64,000 nt of DNA from Eledone cirrhosa. Lineage: Eukaryota. The notes beneath the pieces are model-generated. The model saw only the letters and a program-made list of their open reading frames with translations. It was not told the DNA's origin and made no database searches. Positions 21,201-36,200 of this stretch are shown in pieces; positions within the stretch are counted from its first letter, which is position 1, and each line of letters begins with the position of its first letter. Location: the NCBI GenBank assembly GCA_964016885.1, contig OZ024745.1:47740001-47804000 (forward strand), read 5' to 3'. The position numbers and the translations under genes were made by a program.

Positions 21201-24200
21201 TATAGCTTTCCTCTAGCTGATGACAACAGTACTAGAAACGTTCTCTTGCAAGGTATAGCTTTCCTCTAGCTCATGACGACAATACTAGAAACGTTCTCTT
21301 GCAAGGTATAGCTTTCCTCTAGCTCATGACAACAATACTAGAAACGTTCACTTGCAAGGTATAGCTTTCCTCTACCTCATGACAACAGTACTAGAAACGT
21401 TCTCTTGCAAGGTATAGCTTTCCTCTACCTCATGACAACAATACTAGAAACGTTCTCTTGCAAGGTATAGCTTTCCTCTAGCTCATGACAACAGTACTAG
21501 AAACGTTTTCTTGCAAGGTATAGCTTTCCTCTAGCTGATGACAAGAATACTAGAAACGTTCTCTTGCAAGGTATAGCTTTCCTCTAGCTGATGACAACAG
21601 TACTAGAAACGTTCTCTTGCAAGGTATAGCTTTCCTCTAGCTGATGACAACAGTACTAGAAACGTTCTCTTGCAAGGTATAGCTTTCGTCTAGCTCATGA
21701 CAACAGTACTAGAAACGTTCTCTTGCAAGGTATAGCTTTCCTCTACCTCATGACAACAGTACTAGAAACGTTCTCTTGCAAGGTATAGCTTTCCTCTAGT
21801 TCATGACAACAATACTAGAAACGTTCTCATGCAAGGTATAGCTTTCCTCTACCTCATGACAACAGTACTAGAAACGTTCTCTTGCAAGGTATAGCTTTCC
21901 TCTAGCTCATGACAACAGTACTAGAAACGTTCTCTTGCAAGGTATAGCTTTCCTCTACCTCATGACAACAGTACTAGAAACGTTCTCTTGCAAGGTATAG
22001 CTTTCCTCTAGCTGATGACAACAGTACTAGAAACGTTCTCTTGAAAGGTATAGCTTTCCTCTCCCTCATGACAACAGTACTAGAAACGTTCTCTTGCTTG
22101 CAAGGTATAGCTTTCCTCTACCTCAAGACAACAGTACTAGAAACGTTCTCTTGCAAGGTATAGCTTTCCTCTAGCTGATGACAACAGTACTAGAAACCTT
22201 CTCTTGCAAGGTATAGCTTTCCTCTAGCTCATGACAACAGTACTAGAAACGTTCTCTTGCAAGGTATAGCTTTCCTCTACCTCATGACAACAGTACTAGA
22301 AACGTTCTCTTGCAAGGTATAGCTTTCTTCTAGCTCATGACAACAATACTAGAAACGTTCTCTTGCAAGGTATAGCTTTCCTCTAGCTCATGACAACAGT
22401 ACTAGAAACGTTCTCTTGCAAGGTATAGCTTTCCTCTACCTCATCACAACAGTACTAGAAACGTTCTCTTGCAAGGTATAGCTTTCCTCTAGCTGATGAC
22501 AACAGTACTAGAAACGTTCTATTGCAAGGTATAGCTTTCCTCTAGCTCATGACAACAGTACTAGAAACGTTCTCTTGCAAGGTATAGCTTTCCTCTACCT
22601 CATGACAACAGTACTAGAAACGTTCTCTTGTAAGGTATAGCTTTCCTCTACCTCATGACAACAGTACTAGAAACGTTCTCTTGCAAGGTATAGCTTTCCT
22701 CTAGCTGATGACAAGAATACTAGAAACGTTCTCTTGCAAGGTATAGCTTTCCTCTAGCTGATGACAACAGTACTAGGAACGTTCTCTTGCAAGGTATAGC
22801 TTTCCTCTACCTCATGACAACAGTACTAGAAACGTTCTCTTGCAAGGTATAGCTTTCCTCTAGCTCATGACAAGAATACTAGAAACGTTCTCTTGTAAGG
22901 TATAGATTTCCTTTAGCTCATGACAACAGTACTAGAAACGTTCTCTTGCACGGTATAGCTTTCCTCTAGCTGATGACAACAGTACTAGAAACGTTCTCTT
23001 GCAAGGTATAGCTTTCCTCTAGCTCATGACGACAATACTAGAAACGTTCTCTTGCAAGGTATAGCTTTCCTCTAGCTCATGACAACAATACTAGAAACGT
23101 TCTCTTGCAAGGTATAGCTTTCCTCTACCTCATGACAACAGTACTAGAAACGTTCTCTTGCAAGGTATAGCTTTCCTCTACCTCATGACAACAATACTAG
23201 AAACGTTCTCTTGCAAGGTATAGCTCTCCTCTAGCTCATGACAACAGTACTAGAAACGTTCTCTTGCAAGGTATAGCTTTCCTCTAGCTGATGACAAGAA
23301 TACTAGAAACGTTCTCTTGCAAGGTATAGCTTTCCTCTAGCTGATGACAACAGTACTAGAAACGTTCTCTTGCAAGGTATAGCTTTCCTCTAGCTGATGA
23401 CAACAGTACTAGAAACGTTCTCTTGCAAGGTATAGCTTTCCTCTAGCTCATGACGACAATACTAGAAACGTTCTCTTGCAAGGTATAGCTTTCCTCTAGT
23501 TCATGACAACAATACTAGAAACGTTCTCATGCAAGGTATAGCTTTCCTCTACCTCATGACAACAGTACTAGAAACGTTCTCTTGCAAGGTATAGCTTTCC
23601 TCTAGCTCATGACAACAGTACTAGAAACGTTCTCTTGCAAGGTATAGCTTTCCTCTACCTCATGACAACAGTACTAGAAACGTTCTCTTGCAAGGTATAG
23701 CTTTCCTCTACCTCATGACAACAGTACTAGAAACGTTCTCTTGCAAGGTATAGCTTTCCTCTCCCTCATGACAACAGTACTAGAAACGTTCTCTTGCTTG
23801 CAAGGTATAGCTTTCCTCTACCTCATGACAACAGTACTAGAAACGTTCTCTTGCAAGGTATAGCTTTCCTCTAGCTGATGACAACAGTACTAGAAACGTT
23901 CTCTTGCAAGGTATAGCTTTCCTCTAGCTCATGACAACAGTACTAGAAACGTTCTCTTGCAAGGTATAGCTTTCCTCTACCTCATGACAACAGTACTAGA
24001 AACGTTCTCTTGCAAGGTATAGCTTTCCTCTAGCTGATGACAACAGTACTAGAAACGTTCTCTTGCAAGGTATAGCTTTCCTCTACCTCATGACAACAGT
24101 ACTAGAAACGTTCTCTTGCAAGGTATAGCTTTCCTCTAGCTCATGAGAACAGTACTAGAAGCGTTCTCTTGCAAGGTATAGCTTTCCTCTACCTCATGAC

Positions 24201-27200
24201 AACAGTACTAGAAACGTTCTCTTGCAAGGTATAGCTTTCCTCTAGCTTATGACAAGAGTACTAGAAACGTTCTCTTGCAAGGTATAGCTTTCCTGTAGCT
24301 CATGACAACAGTACTAGAAACGTTCTCTTGCAAGGTATAGCTTTCCTCTAGCTGATGACAAGAATACTAAAAACGTTCTCTTGCAAGGTATAGCTTTCCT
24401 CTAGCTAATGACAACAGTACTAGAAACGTTCTCTTGCAAGGTATAGCTTTCCTCTACCTCATCACAACAGTACTAGAAACGTTCTCTTGCAAGGTATAGC
24501 TTTCGTCTAGCTCATGACAACAGCACTAGAAACGTTCTCTTGCAAGGTATAGCTTTCCTCTAGCTGATAACAACAGTACTAGAAACGTTCTCTTGCAAGG
24601 TATAGCTTTCCTCTCCCTCATGACAACAGTACAAGAAACGTTCTCTTGCAAGGTATCGCTTTCCTCTACCTCATGACAACAGTACTAGAAACGTTCTCTT
24701 GCAAGGTATAGCTTTCCTCTACCTCATGACAACAGTACTAGAAACGTTCTCTTGCAAGGTATAGCTTTCCTCTACCTCATGACAACAGTACTAGAAACGT
24801 TCTCTTGCAAGGTATAGCTTTCCTCTACCTCATGACAACAGTACTAGAAACGTTCTCTTGCAAGGTATAGCTTTCCTGTAGCTCATGACAACAGTACTAG
24901 AAACGTTCTCTTGTAAGGTGTAGCTTTCCTCTAGCTGATGATAACAGTACTAGAAACGTTCTCTTGCAAGGTATAGCTTTCCTCTAGCTGATGACAACAG
25001 TACTAGAAACGTTCTCTTGCAAGGTATAGCTTTCCTCTACCTCATGACAACAGTACTAGAAACGTTCTCTTGCAAGGTATAGCTTTCCTCTAGCTGATGA
25101 CAACAGTACTAGAAACGTTCTCTTGCAAGGTATAGCTTTCCTATATCTCATGACAACAGTACTAGAAACGTTTTCTTGCAAGGTATAGCTTTCCTCTAGC
25201 TGATGACAACAGTACTAGAAACGTTCTCTTGCAAGGTATAGCTTTCCTCTACCTCATCACAACAGTACTAGAAACGTTCTCTTCCAAGGTATAGCTTTCC
25301 TCTAGCTGATGACAACAGTACTAGAAACGTTCTCTTGCAAGGTATAGCTTTCCTCTACCTCATCACAACAGTACTAGAAACGTTCTCTTCCAAGGTATAG
25401 CTTTCCTCTAGCTGATGACAACAGTACTAGAAACGTTCTCTTGCAATTTATAGCTTTCCTCTACCTCATCACAACAGTACTAGAAACGTTCTCTTGCAAG
25501 GTATAGCTTTCCTCTAGCGGATGACAACAGTACTAGAAACGTTCTCTTGCAAGGTATAGCTTTCCTCTACCTCATGACAACAGTACTAGAAACGTTCTCT
25601 TGCAAGGTATAGCTTTCCTCTAGCTGATGACAACAGTACTAGAAACGTTCTCTTGCAAGGTATAGCTTTCCTCTATCTCATGACAACAGTACTAGAAACG
25701 TTCTCTTGCAAGGTATAGCTTTCCTCTAGCTGATGACAACAGTACTAGAAACGTTCTCTTGCAAGGTATAGCTTTCCTCTACCTCATCACAACAGTACTA
25801 GAAACGTTCTCTTGCAAGGTATAGCTTTCTTCTACCTCATGACAACAGTACTAGAAACGTTCTCTTGCAAGGTATAGCTTTCCTTTACCTCATGACAACA
25901 GTACTAGAAACGTTCTCTTGCAAGGTATAGCTTTCCTCTAGCTCATGACAACAATACTAGAAACGTTCTCTTGCAAGGTATAGCTTTCCTCTACCTCATC
26001 ACAACAGTACTAGAAACGTTCTCTTGCAAGGTATAGCTTTCTTCTACCTCATGACAACAATACTAGAAACGTTCTCTTGCAAGGTATAGCTTTCCTCTAG
26101 CCCATGACAACAGTACTAGAAACGTTCTCTTGCAAGGTATAGCTTCCCTCTAGCTGATGACAAGAATACTAGAAACGTTCTCTTGCAAGGTATAGCTTTC
26201 CTCTAGCTAATGACAACAGTACTAGAAACGTTCTCTTGCAAGGTATAGCTTTCCTCTAGCTGATGACAACAGTACTAGAAACGTTCTCTTGCAAGGTATA
26301 GCTTTCGTCTAGCTCATGACAACAGTACTAGAAACGTTCTCTTGCAAGGTATAGCTTTCCTCTACCTCATGACAACAGTACTAGAAACGTTCTCTTGCAA
26401 GGTATAGCTTTCCTCTAGCTGATGACAACAGTACTAGAAACCTTCTCTTGCAAGGTATAGCTTTCTTCTAGCTCATGACAACAGTACTAGAAACGTTCTC
26501 TTGCAAGGTATAGCTTTCCTCTAGCTGATGACAACAGTACTAGAAACGTTCTCTTGCAAGGTATAGCTTTCCTCTCCCTCATGACAACAGTACTAGAAAC
26601 GTTCTCTTGCAAGGTATAGCTTTCCTCTACCTCATGACAACAGTACTAGAAACGTTCTCTTGCAAGGTATAGCTTTCCTCTACCTCATGACAACAGTACT
26701 AGAAACGTTCTCTTGCAAGGTACAGCTTTCCTCTACCTCATGACAACAGTACTAGAAACGTTCTCTTGCAAGGTATAGCTTTCCTCTACCTCATGACAAC
26801 AGTACTAGAAACGTTCTCTTGCAAAGTATAGCTTTCCTGTAGCTCATGACAACAGTACTAGAAACGTTCTCTTGTAAGGTATAGATTTCCTCTAGCTGAT
26901 GACAACAGTACTAGAAACGTTCTCTTGCAGGGTATAGCTTTGCTCTAGCTGATGACAACAGTACCAGAAACGTTCTCTTGCAAGGTATAGCTTTCCTCTA
27001 CCTCATGACAACAGTACTAGAAACGTTCTCTTGCAAGGTATAGCTTTCCTCTAGCTCATGACAACAATACTAGAAACGTTCTCTTGCAAGGTATAGCTTT
27101 CCTCTACCTCATGACAACAGTACTAGAAACGTTCTCTTGCAAGGTATAGCTTTCTTCTACCTCATGACAACAATACTAGAAACGTTCTCTTGCAAGGTAT

Positions 27201-30200
27201 AGCTTTCCTCTAGCTCATGACAACAGTACTAGAAACGTTCTCTTGCAAGGTATAGCTTTCCTCTAGCTGATGACAAGAATACTAGAAACGTTCTCTTGCA
27301 AGGTATAGCTTTCCTCTACCTCATGACAACAGTACTAGAAACGTTCTCTTGCAAGGTATAGCTTTCCTCTAGCTGATGACAACAGTACTAGAAACGTTCT
27401 CTTGCAAGGTATAGCTTTCGTCTAGCTCATGACAACAGTACTAGAAACGTTCTCTTGCAAGGTATAGCTTTCCTCTACCTCATGACAACAGTACTAGAAA
27501 CGTTCTCTTGCAAGGTATAGCTTTCCTCTAGCTCATGACGACAATACTAGAAACGTTCTCTTGCAAGGTATAGCTTTCCTCTAGTTCATGACAACAATAC
27601 TAGAAACGTTCTCATGCAAGGTATAGCTTTCCTCTACCTCATGACAACAGTACTAGAAACGTTCTCTTGCAAGGTATAGCTTTCCTCTAGCTCATGACAA
27701 CAGTACTAGAAACGTTCTCTTGCAAGGTATAGCTTTCCTCTAGCTGATGACAACAGTACTAGAAACGTTCTCTTGCAAGGTATAGCTTTCCTCTAGCTGA
27801 TGACAACAGTACTAGAAACGTTCTCTTGCAAGGTATAGCTTTCCTCTCCCTCATGACAACAGTACTAGAAACGTTCTCTTGCTTGCAAGGTATAGCTTTC
27901 CTCTACCTCATGACAACAGTACTAGAAACGTTCTCTTGCAAGGTATAGCTTTCCTCTAGCTGATGACAACAGTACTAGAAACGTTCTCTTGCAAGGTATA
28001 GCTTTCCTCTAGCTCATGACAACAGTACTAGAAACGTTCTCTTGCAAGGTATAGCTTTCCTCTACCTCATGACAACAGTACTAGAAACGTTCTCTTGCAA
28101 GGTATAGCTTTCCTCTAGCTGATGACAACAGTACTAGAAACGTTCTCTTGCAAGGTATAGCTTTCCTCTACCTCATGACAACAGTACTAGAACCGTTCTC
28201 TTGCAAGGTATAGCTTTCCTCTAGCTCATGACAACAGTACTAGAAGCGTTCTCTTGCAAGGTATAGCTTTCCTCTACCTTATGACAACAGTACTAGAAAC
28301 GTTCTCTTGCAAGGTATAGCTTTCCTCTAGCTTATGACAACAGTACTAGAAACGTTCTCTTGCAAGGTATAGCTTTCCTGTAGCTCATGACAACAGTACT
28401 AGAAACGTTCTCTTGCAAGGTATAGCTTTCCTCTAGCTGATGACAAGAATACTAGAAACGTTCTCTTGCAAGGTATAGCTTTCCTCTAGCTAATGACAAC
28501 AGTACTAGAAACGTTCTCTTGCAAGGTATAGCTTTCCTCTACCTCATCACAACAGTACTAGAAACGTTCTCTTGCAAGGTATAGCTTTCGTCTAGCTCAT
28601 GACAACAGTACTAGAAACGTTCTCTTGCAAGGTATAGCTTTCCTCTAGCTGATGACAACAGTACTAGAAACGTTCTCTTGCAAGGTATAGCTTTCCTCTC
28701 CCTCATGACAACAGTACTAGAAACGTTCTCTTGCAAGGTATCGCTTTCCTCTACCTCATGACAACAGTACTAGAAACGTTCTCTTGCAAGGTATAGCTTT
28801 CCTCTACCTCATGACAACAGTACTAGAAACGTTCTCTTGCAAGGTATAGCTTTCCTCTACCTCATGACAACAGTACTAGAAACGTTCTCTTGCAAGGTAT
28901 AGCTTTCCTCTACCTCATGACAACAGTACTAGAAACGTTCTCTTGCAAGGTATAGCTTTCCTGTAGCTCATGACAACAGTACTAGAAACGTTCTCTTGTA
29001 AGGTGTAGCTTTCCTCTAGCTGATGACAACAGTACTAGAAACGTTCTCTTGCAAGGTATAGCTTTCCTCTAGCTGATGACAACAGTACTAGAAACGTTCT
29101 CTTGCAAGGTATAGCTTTCCTCTACCTCATGACAACAGTACTAGAAACGTTCTCTTGCAAGGTATAGCTTTCCTCTAGCTGATGACAACAGTACTAGAAA
29201 CGTTCTCTTGCAAGGTATAGCTTTCCTATATCTCATGACAACAGTACTAGAAACGTTCTCTTGCAAGGTATAGCTTTCCTCTAGCTGATGACAACAGTAC
29301 TAGAAACGTTCTCTTGCAAGGTATAGCTTTCCTCTACCTCATCACAACAGTACTAGAAACGTTCTCTTCCAAGGTATAGCTTTCCTCTAGCTGATGACAA
29401 CAGTACTAGAAACGTTCTCTTGCAATTTATAGCTTTCCTCTACCTCATCACAACAGTACTAGAAACGTTCTCTTGCAAGGTATAGCTTTCCTCTAGCGGA
29501 TGACAACAGTACTAGAAACGTTCTCTTGCAAGGTATAGCTTTCCTCTACCTCATGACAACAGTACTAGAAACGTTCTCTTGCAAGGTATAGCTTTCCTCT
29601 AGCTGATGACAACAGTACTAGAAACGTTCTCTTGCAAGGTATAGCTTTCCTCTATCTCATGACAACAGTACTAGAAACGTTCTCTTGTAAGGTATAGCTT
29701 TCCTCTAGCTGATGACAACAGTACTAGAAACGTTCTCTTGCAAGGTATAGCTTTCCTCTACCTCATCACAACAGTACTAGAAACGTTCTCTTGCAAGGTA
29801 TAGCTTTCTTCTACCTCATGACAACAGTACTAGAAACGTTCTCTTGCAAGGTATAGCTTTCCTCTACCTCATGACAACAGTACTAGAAACGTTCTCTTGC
29901 AAGGTATAGCTTTCCTCTAGCTCATGACAACAATACTAGAAACGTTCTCTTGCAAGGTATAGCTTTCCTCTACCTCATCACAACAGTACTAGAAACGTTC
30001 TCTTGCAAGGTATAGCTTTCTTCTACCTCATGACAACAATACTAGAAACGTTCTCTTGCAAGGTATAGCTTTCCTCTAGCTAATGACAACAGTACTAGAA
30101 ACGTTCTCTTGCAAGGTATAGCTTCCCTCTAGCTGATGACAAGAATACTAGAAACGTTCTCTTGCAAGGTATAGCTTTCCTCTAGCTAATGACAACAGTA

Positions 30201-33200
30201 CTAGAAACGTTCTCTTGCAAGGTATAGCTTTCCTCTAGCTGATGACAACAGTACTAGAAACGTTCTCTTGCAAGGTATAGCTTTCGTCTAGCTCATGACA
30301 ACAGTACTAGAAACGTTCTCTTGCAAGGTATAGCTTTCCTCTACCTCATGACAACAGTACTAGAAACGTTCTCTTGCAAGGTATAGCTTTCCTCTAGCTG
30401 ATGACAACAGTACTAGAAACCTTCTCTTGCAAGGTATAGCTTTCCTCTCCCTCATGACAACAGTACTAGAAACGTTCTCTTGCAAGGTATAGCTTTCCTC
30501 TACCTCATGACAACAGTACTAGAAACGTTCTCTTGCAAGGTATAGCTTTCCTCTACCTCATGACAACAGTACTAGAAACGTTCTCTTGCAAGGTACAGCT
30601 TTCCTCTACCTCATGACAACAGTACTAGAAACGTTCTCTTGCAAGGTATAGCTTTCCTCTACCTCATGACAACAGTACTAGAAACGTTCTCTTGCAAAGT
30701 ATAGCTTTCCTGTAGCTCATGACAACAGTACTAGAAACGTTCTCTTGTAAGGTATAGATTTCCTCTAGCTGATGACAACAGTACTAGAAACGTTCTCTTG
30801 CAAAGTATAGCTTTCCTGTAGCTCATGACAACAGTACTAGAAACGTTCTCTTGTAAGGTATAGATTTCCTCTAGCTGATGACAACAGTACTAGAAACGTT
30901 CTCTTGCAAGGTATAGCTTTCCTCTACCTCATGACAACAGTACTAGAAACGTTCTCTTGCAAGGTATAGCTTTCTTCTACCTCATGACAACAATACTAGA
31001 AACGTTCTCTTGCAAGGTATAGCTTTCCTCTAGCTCATGACAACAGTACTAGAAACGTTCTCTTGCAAGGTATAGCTTTCCTCTAGCTGATGACAAGAAT
31101 ACTAGAAACGTTCTCTTGCAAGGTATAGCTTTCCTCTACCTCATGACAACAGTACTAGAAACGTTCTCTTGCAAGGTATAGCTTTCCTCTAGCTGATGAC
31201 AAGAAACGTTCTCTTGCAAGGTATAGCTTTCGTCTAGCTCATGACAACAGTACTAGAAACGTTCTCTTGCAAGGTATAGCTTTCCTCTACCTCATGACAA
31301 CAGTACTAGAAACGTTCTCTTGCAAGGTATAGCTTTCCTCTACCTCATGACAACAGTACTAGAAACGTTCTCTTGCAAGGTATAGCTTTCCTGTAGCTCA
31401 TGACAACAGTACTAGAAACGTTCTCTTGTAAGGTGTAGCTTTCCTCTAGCTGATGACAACAGTACTAGAAACGTTCTCTTGCAAGGTATAGCTTTCCTCT
31501 AGCTGATGACAACAGTACTAGAAACGTTCTCTTGCAAGGTATAGCTTTCCTCTACCTCATGACAACAGTACTAGAAACGTTCTCTTGCAAGGTATAGCTT
31601 TCCTCTACCTCATGACAACAGTACTAGAAACGTTCTCTTGCAAGGTATAGCTTTCCTCTACCTCATGACAACAGTACTAGAAACGTTCTCTTGCAAGGTA
31701 TAGCTTTCCTGTAGCTCATGACAACAGTACTAGAAACGTTCTCTTGTAAGGTGTAGCTTTCCTCTAGCTGATGACAACAGTACTAGAAACGTTCTCTTGC
31801 AAGGTATAGCTTTCCTCTAGCTGATGACAACAGTACTAGAAACGTTCTCTTGCAAGGTATAGCTTTCCTCTACCTCATGACAACAGTACTAGAAACGTTC
31901 TCTTGCAAGGTATAGCTTTCCTCTAGCTGATGACAACAGTACTAGAAACGTTCTCTTGCAAGGTATAGCTTTCCTATATCTCATGACAACAGTACTAGAA
32001 ACGTTCTCTTGCAAGGTATAGCTTTCCTCTAGCTGATGACAACAGTACTAGAAACGTTCTCTTGCAAGGTATAGCTTTCCTCTACCTCATCACAACAGTA
32101 CTAGAAACGTTCTCTTCCAAGGTATAGCTTTCCTCTAGCTAATGACAACAGTACTAGAAACGTTCTCTTGCAATTTATAGCTTTCCTCTACCTCATCACA
32201 ACAGTACTAGAAACGTTCTCTTGCAAGGTATAGCTTTCCTCTAGCGGATGACAACAGTACTAGAAACGTTCTCTTGCAAGGTATAGCTTTCCTCTACCTC
32301 ATGACAACAGTACTAGAAACGTTCTCTTGCAAGGTATAGCTTTCCTCTAGCTGATGACAACAGTACTAGAAACGTTCTCTTGCAAGGTATAGCTTTCCTC
32401 TACCTCATCACAACAGTACTAGAAACGTTCTCTTGCAAGGTATAGCTTTCTTCTACCTCATGACAACAGTACTAGAAACGTTCTCTTGCAAGGTATAGCT
32501 TTCCTCTACCTCATGACAACAGTACTAGAAACGTTCTCTTGCAAGGTATAGCTTTCCTCTAGCTCATGACAACAATACTAGAAACGTTCTCTTGCAAGGT
32601 ATAGCTTTCCTCTACCTCATCACAACAGTACTAGAAACGTTCTCTTGCAAGGTATAGCTTTCTTCTACCTCATGACAACAATACTAGAAACGTTCTCTTG
32701 CAAGGTATAGCTTTCCTCTAGCTAATGACAACAGTACTAGAAACGTTCTCTTGCAAGGTATAGCTTCCCTCTAGCTGATGACAAGAATACTAGAAACGTT
32801 CTCTTGCAAGGTATAGCTTTCCTCTAGCTAATGACAACAGTACTAGAAACGTTCTCTTGCAAGGTATAGCTTTCCTCTAGCTGATGACAACAGTACTAGA
32901 AACGTTCTCTTGCAAGGTATAGCTTTCGTCTAGCTCATGACAACAGTACTAGAAACGTTCTCTTGCAAGGTATAGCTTTCCTCTACCTCATGACAACAGT
33001 ACTAGAAACGTTCTCTTGCAAGGTATAGCTTTCCTCTAGCTGATGACAACAGTACTAGAAACCTTCTCTTGCAAGGTATAGCTTTCCTCTCCCTCATGAC
33101 AACAGTACTAGAAACGTTCTCTTGCAAGGTATAGCTTTCCTCTACCTCATGACAACAGTACTAGAAACGTTCTCTTGCAAGGTATAGCTTTCCTCTACCT

Positions 33201-36200
33201 CATGACAACAGTACTAGAAACGTTCTCTTGCAAGGTACAGCTTTCCTCTACCTCATGACAACAGTACTAGAAACGTTCTCTTGCAAGGTATAGCTTTCCT
33301 CTACCTCATGACAACAGTACTAGAAACGTTCTCTTGCAAAGTATAGCTTTCCTGTAGCTCATGACAACAGTACTAGAAACGTTCTCTTGTAAGGTATAGA
33401 TTTCCTCTAGCTGATGACAACAGTACTAGAAACGTTCTCTTGCAAAGTATAGCTTTCCTGTAGCTCATGACAACAGTACTAGAAACGTTCTCTTGTAAGG
33501 TATAGATTTCCTCTAGCTGATGACAACAGTACTAGAAACGTTCTCTTGCAAGGTATAGCTTTCCTCTACCTCATGACAACAGTACTAGAAACGTTCTCTT
33601 GCAAGGTATAGCTTTCTTCTACCTCATGACAACAATACTAGAAACGTTCTCTTGCAAGGTATAGCTTTCCTCTAGCTCATGACAACAGTACTAGAAACGT
33701 TCTCTTGCAAGGTATAGCTTTCCTCTAGCTGATGACAAGAATACTAGAAACGTTCTCTTGCAAGGTATAGCTTTCCTCTACCTCATGACAACAGTACTAG
33801 AAACGTTCTCTTGCAAGGTATAGCTTTCCTCTAGCTGATGACAACAGTACTAGAAACGTTCTCTTGCAAGGTATAGCTTTCGTCTAGCTCATGACAACAG
33901 TACTAGAAACGTTCTCTTGCAAGGTATAGCTTTCCTCTACCTCATGACAACAGTACTAGAAACGTTCTCTTGCAAGGTATAGCTTTCCTCTACCTCATGA
34001 CAACAGTACTAGAAACGTTCTCTTGCAAGGTATAGCTTTCCTGTAGCTCATGACAACAGTACTAGAAACGTTCTCTTGTAAGGTGTAGCTTTCCTCTAGC
34101 TGATGACAACAGTACTAGAAACGTTCTCTTGCAAGGTATAGCTTTCCTCTAGCTGATGACAACAGTACTAGAAACGTTCTCTTGCAAGGTATAGCTTTCC
34201 TCTAGCTGATGACAACAGTACTAGAAACGTTCTCTTGCAAGGTATAGCTTTCCTCTAGCTGATGACAACAGTACTAGAAACGTTCTCTTGCAAGGTATAG
34301 CTTTCCTCTAGCTCATGACAACAGTACTAGAAACGTTCTCTTGCAAGGTATAGCTTTCCTCTAGCTGATGACAAGAATACTAGAAACGTTCTCTTGCAAG
34401 GTATAGCTTTCCTCTAGCTGATGACAACAGTACTAGAAACGTTCTCTTGCAAGGTATAGCTTTCCTCTAGCTGATGACAACAGTACTAGAAACGTTCTCT
34501 TGCAAGGTATAGCTTTCGTCTAGCTCATGACAACAGTACTAGAAACGTTCTCTTGCAAGGTATAGCTTTCCTCTAGCTCATGACAACAGTACTAGAAACG
34601 TTCTCTTGCAAGGTATAGCTTTCCTCTAGCTCATGACAACAGTACTAGAAACGTTCTCTTGCAAGGTATAGCTTTCCTCTAGCTCATGACAACAGTACTA
34701 GAAACGTTCTCTTGCAAGGTATAGCTTTCCTCTACCTCATGACAACAGTACTAGAAACGTTCTCTTGCAAGGTATAGCTTTCCTCTCTTTCATGACAACA
34801 ATACTAGAAACGTTCTCATGCAAGGTATAGCTTTCCTCTAGCTTATGACAAGAGTACTAGAAACGTTCTCTTGCAAGGTATAGCTTTCTTCTAGCTCATG
34901 ACAACGGTACTAGAAACGTTCTCTTGCAAGGTATAGCTTTCCTCTACCTCATGACAACAGTACTAGAAACGTTCTCTTGCAAGGTATAGCTTTCCTCTAG
35001 CTGATGACAACAGTACTAGAAACGTTCTCTTGCAAGGTATAGCTTTCCTCTCCCTCATGACAACAGTACTAGAAACGTTCTCTTGCTTGCAAGGTATAGC
35101 TTTCCTCTACCTCATGACAACAGTACTAGAAACGTTCTCTTGCAAGGTATAGCTTTCCTCTAGCTGATGACAACAGTACTAGAAACCTTCTCTTGCAAGG
35201 TATAGCTTTCCTCTAGCTCATGACAACAGTACTAGAAACGTTCTCTTGCAAGGTATAGCTTTCCTCTACCTCATGACAACAGTACTAGAAACGTTCTCTT
35301 GCAAGGTATAGCTTTCCTCTAGCTGATGACAACAGTACTAGAAACGTTCTCTTGCAAGGTATAGCTTTCCTCTATCTCATGACAACAGTACTAGAAACGT
35401 TCTCTTGTAAGGTATAGCTTTCCTCTAGCTGATGACAACAGTACTAGAAACGTTCTCTTGCAAGGTATAGCTTTCCTCTACCTCATCACAACAGTACTAG
35501 AAACGTTCTCTTGCAAGGTATAGCTTTCTTCTACCTCATGACAACAGTACTAGAAACGTTCTCTTGCAAGGTATAGCTTTCCTCTACCTCATGACAACAG
35601 TACTAGAAACGTTCTCTTGCAAGGTATAGCTTTCCTCTAGCTCATGACAACAATACTAGAAACGTTCTCTTGCAAGGTATAGCTTTCCTCTACCTCATCA
35701 CAACAGTACTAGAAACGTTCTCTTGCAAGGTATAGCTTTCTTCTACCTCATGACAACAATACTAGAAACGTTCTCTTGCAAGGTATAGCTTTCCTCTAGC
35801 TAATGACAACAGTACTAGAAACGTTCTCTTGCAAGGTATAGCTTCCCTCTAGCTGATGACAAGAATACTAGAAACGTTCTCTTGCAAGGTATAGCTTTCC
35901 TCTAGCTAATGACAACAGTACTAGAAACGTTCTCTTGCAAGGTATAGCTTTCCTCTAGCTGATGACAACAGTACTAGAAACGTTCTCTTGCAAGGTATAG
36001 CTTTCGTCTAGCTCATGACAACAGTACTAGAAACGTTCTCTTGCAAGGTATAGCTTTCCTCTACCTCATGACAACAGTACTAGAAACGTTCTCTTGCAAG
36101 GTATAGCTTTCCTCTAGCTGATGACAACAGTACTAGAAACCTTCTCTTGCAAGGTATAGCTTTCCTCTCCCTCATGACAACAGTACTAGAAACGTTCTCT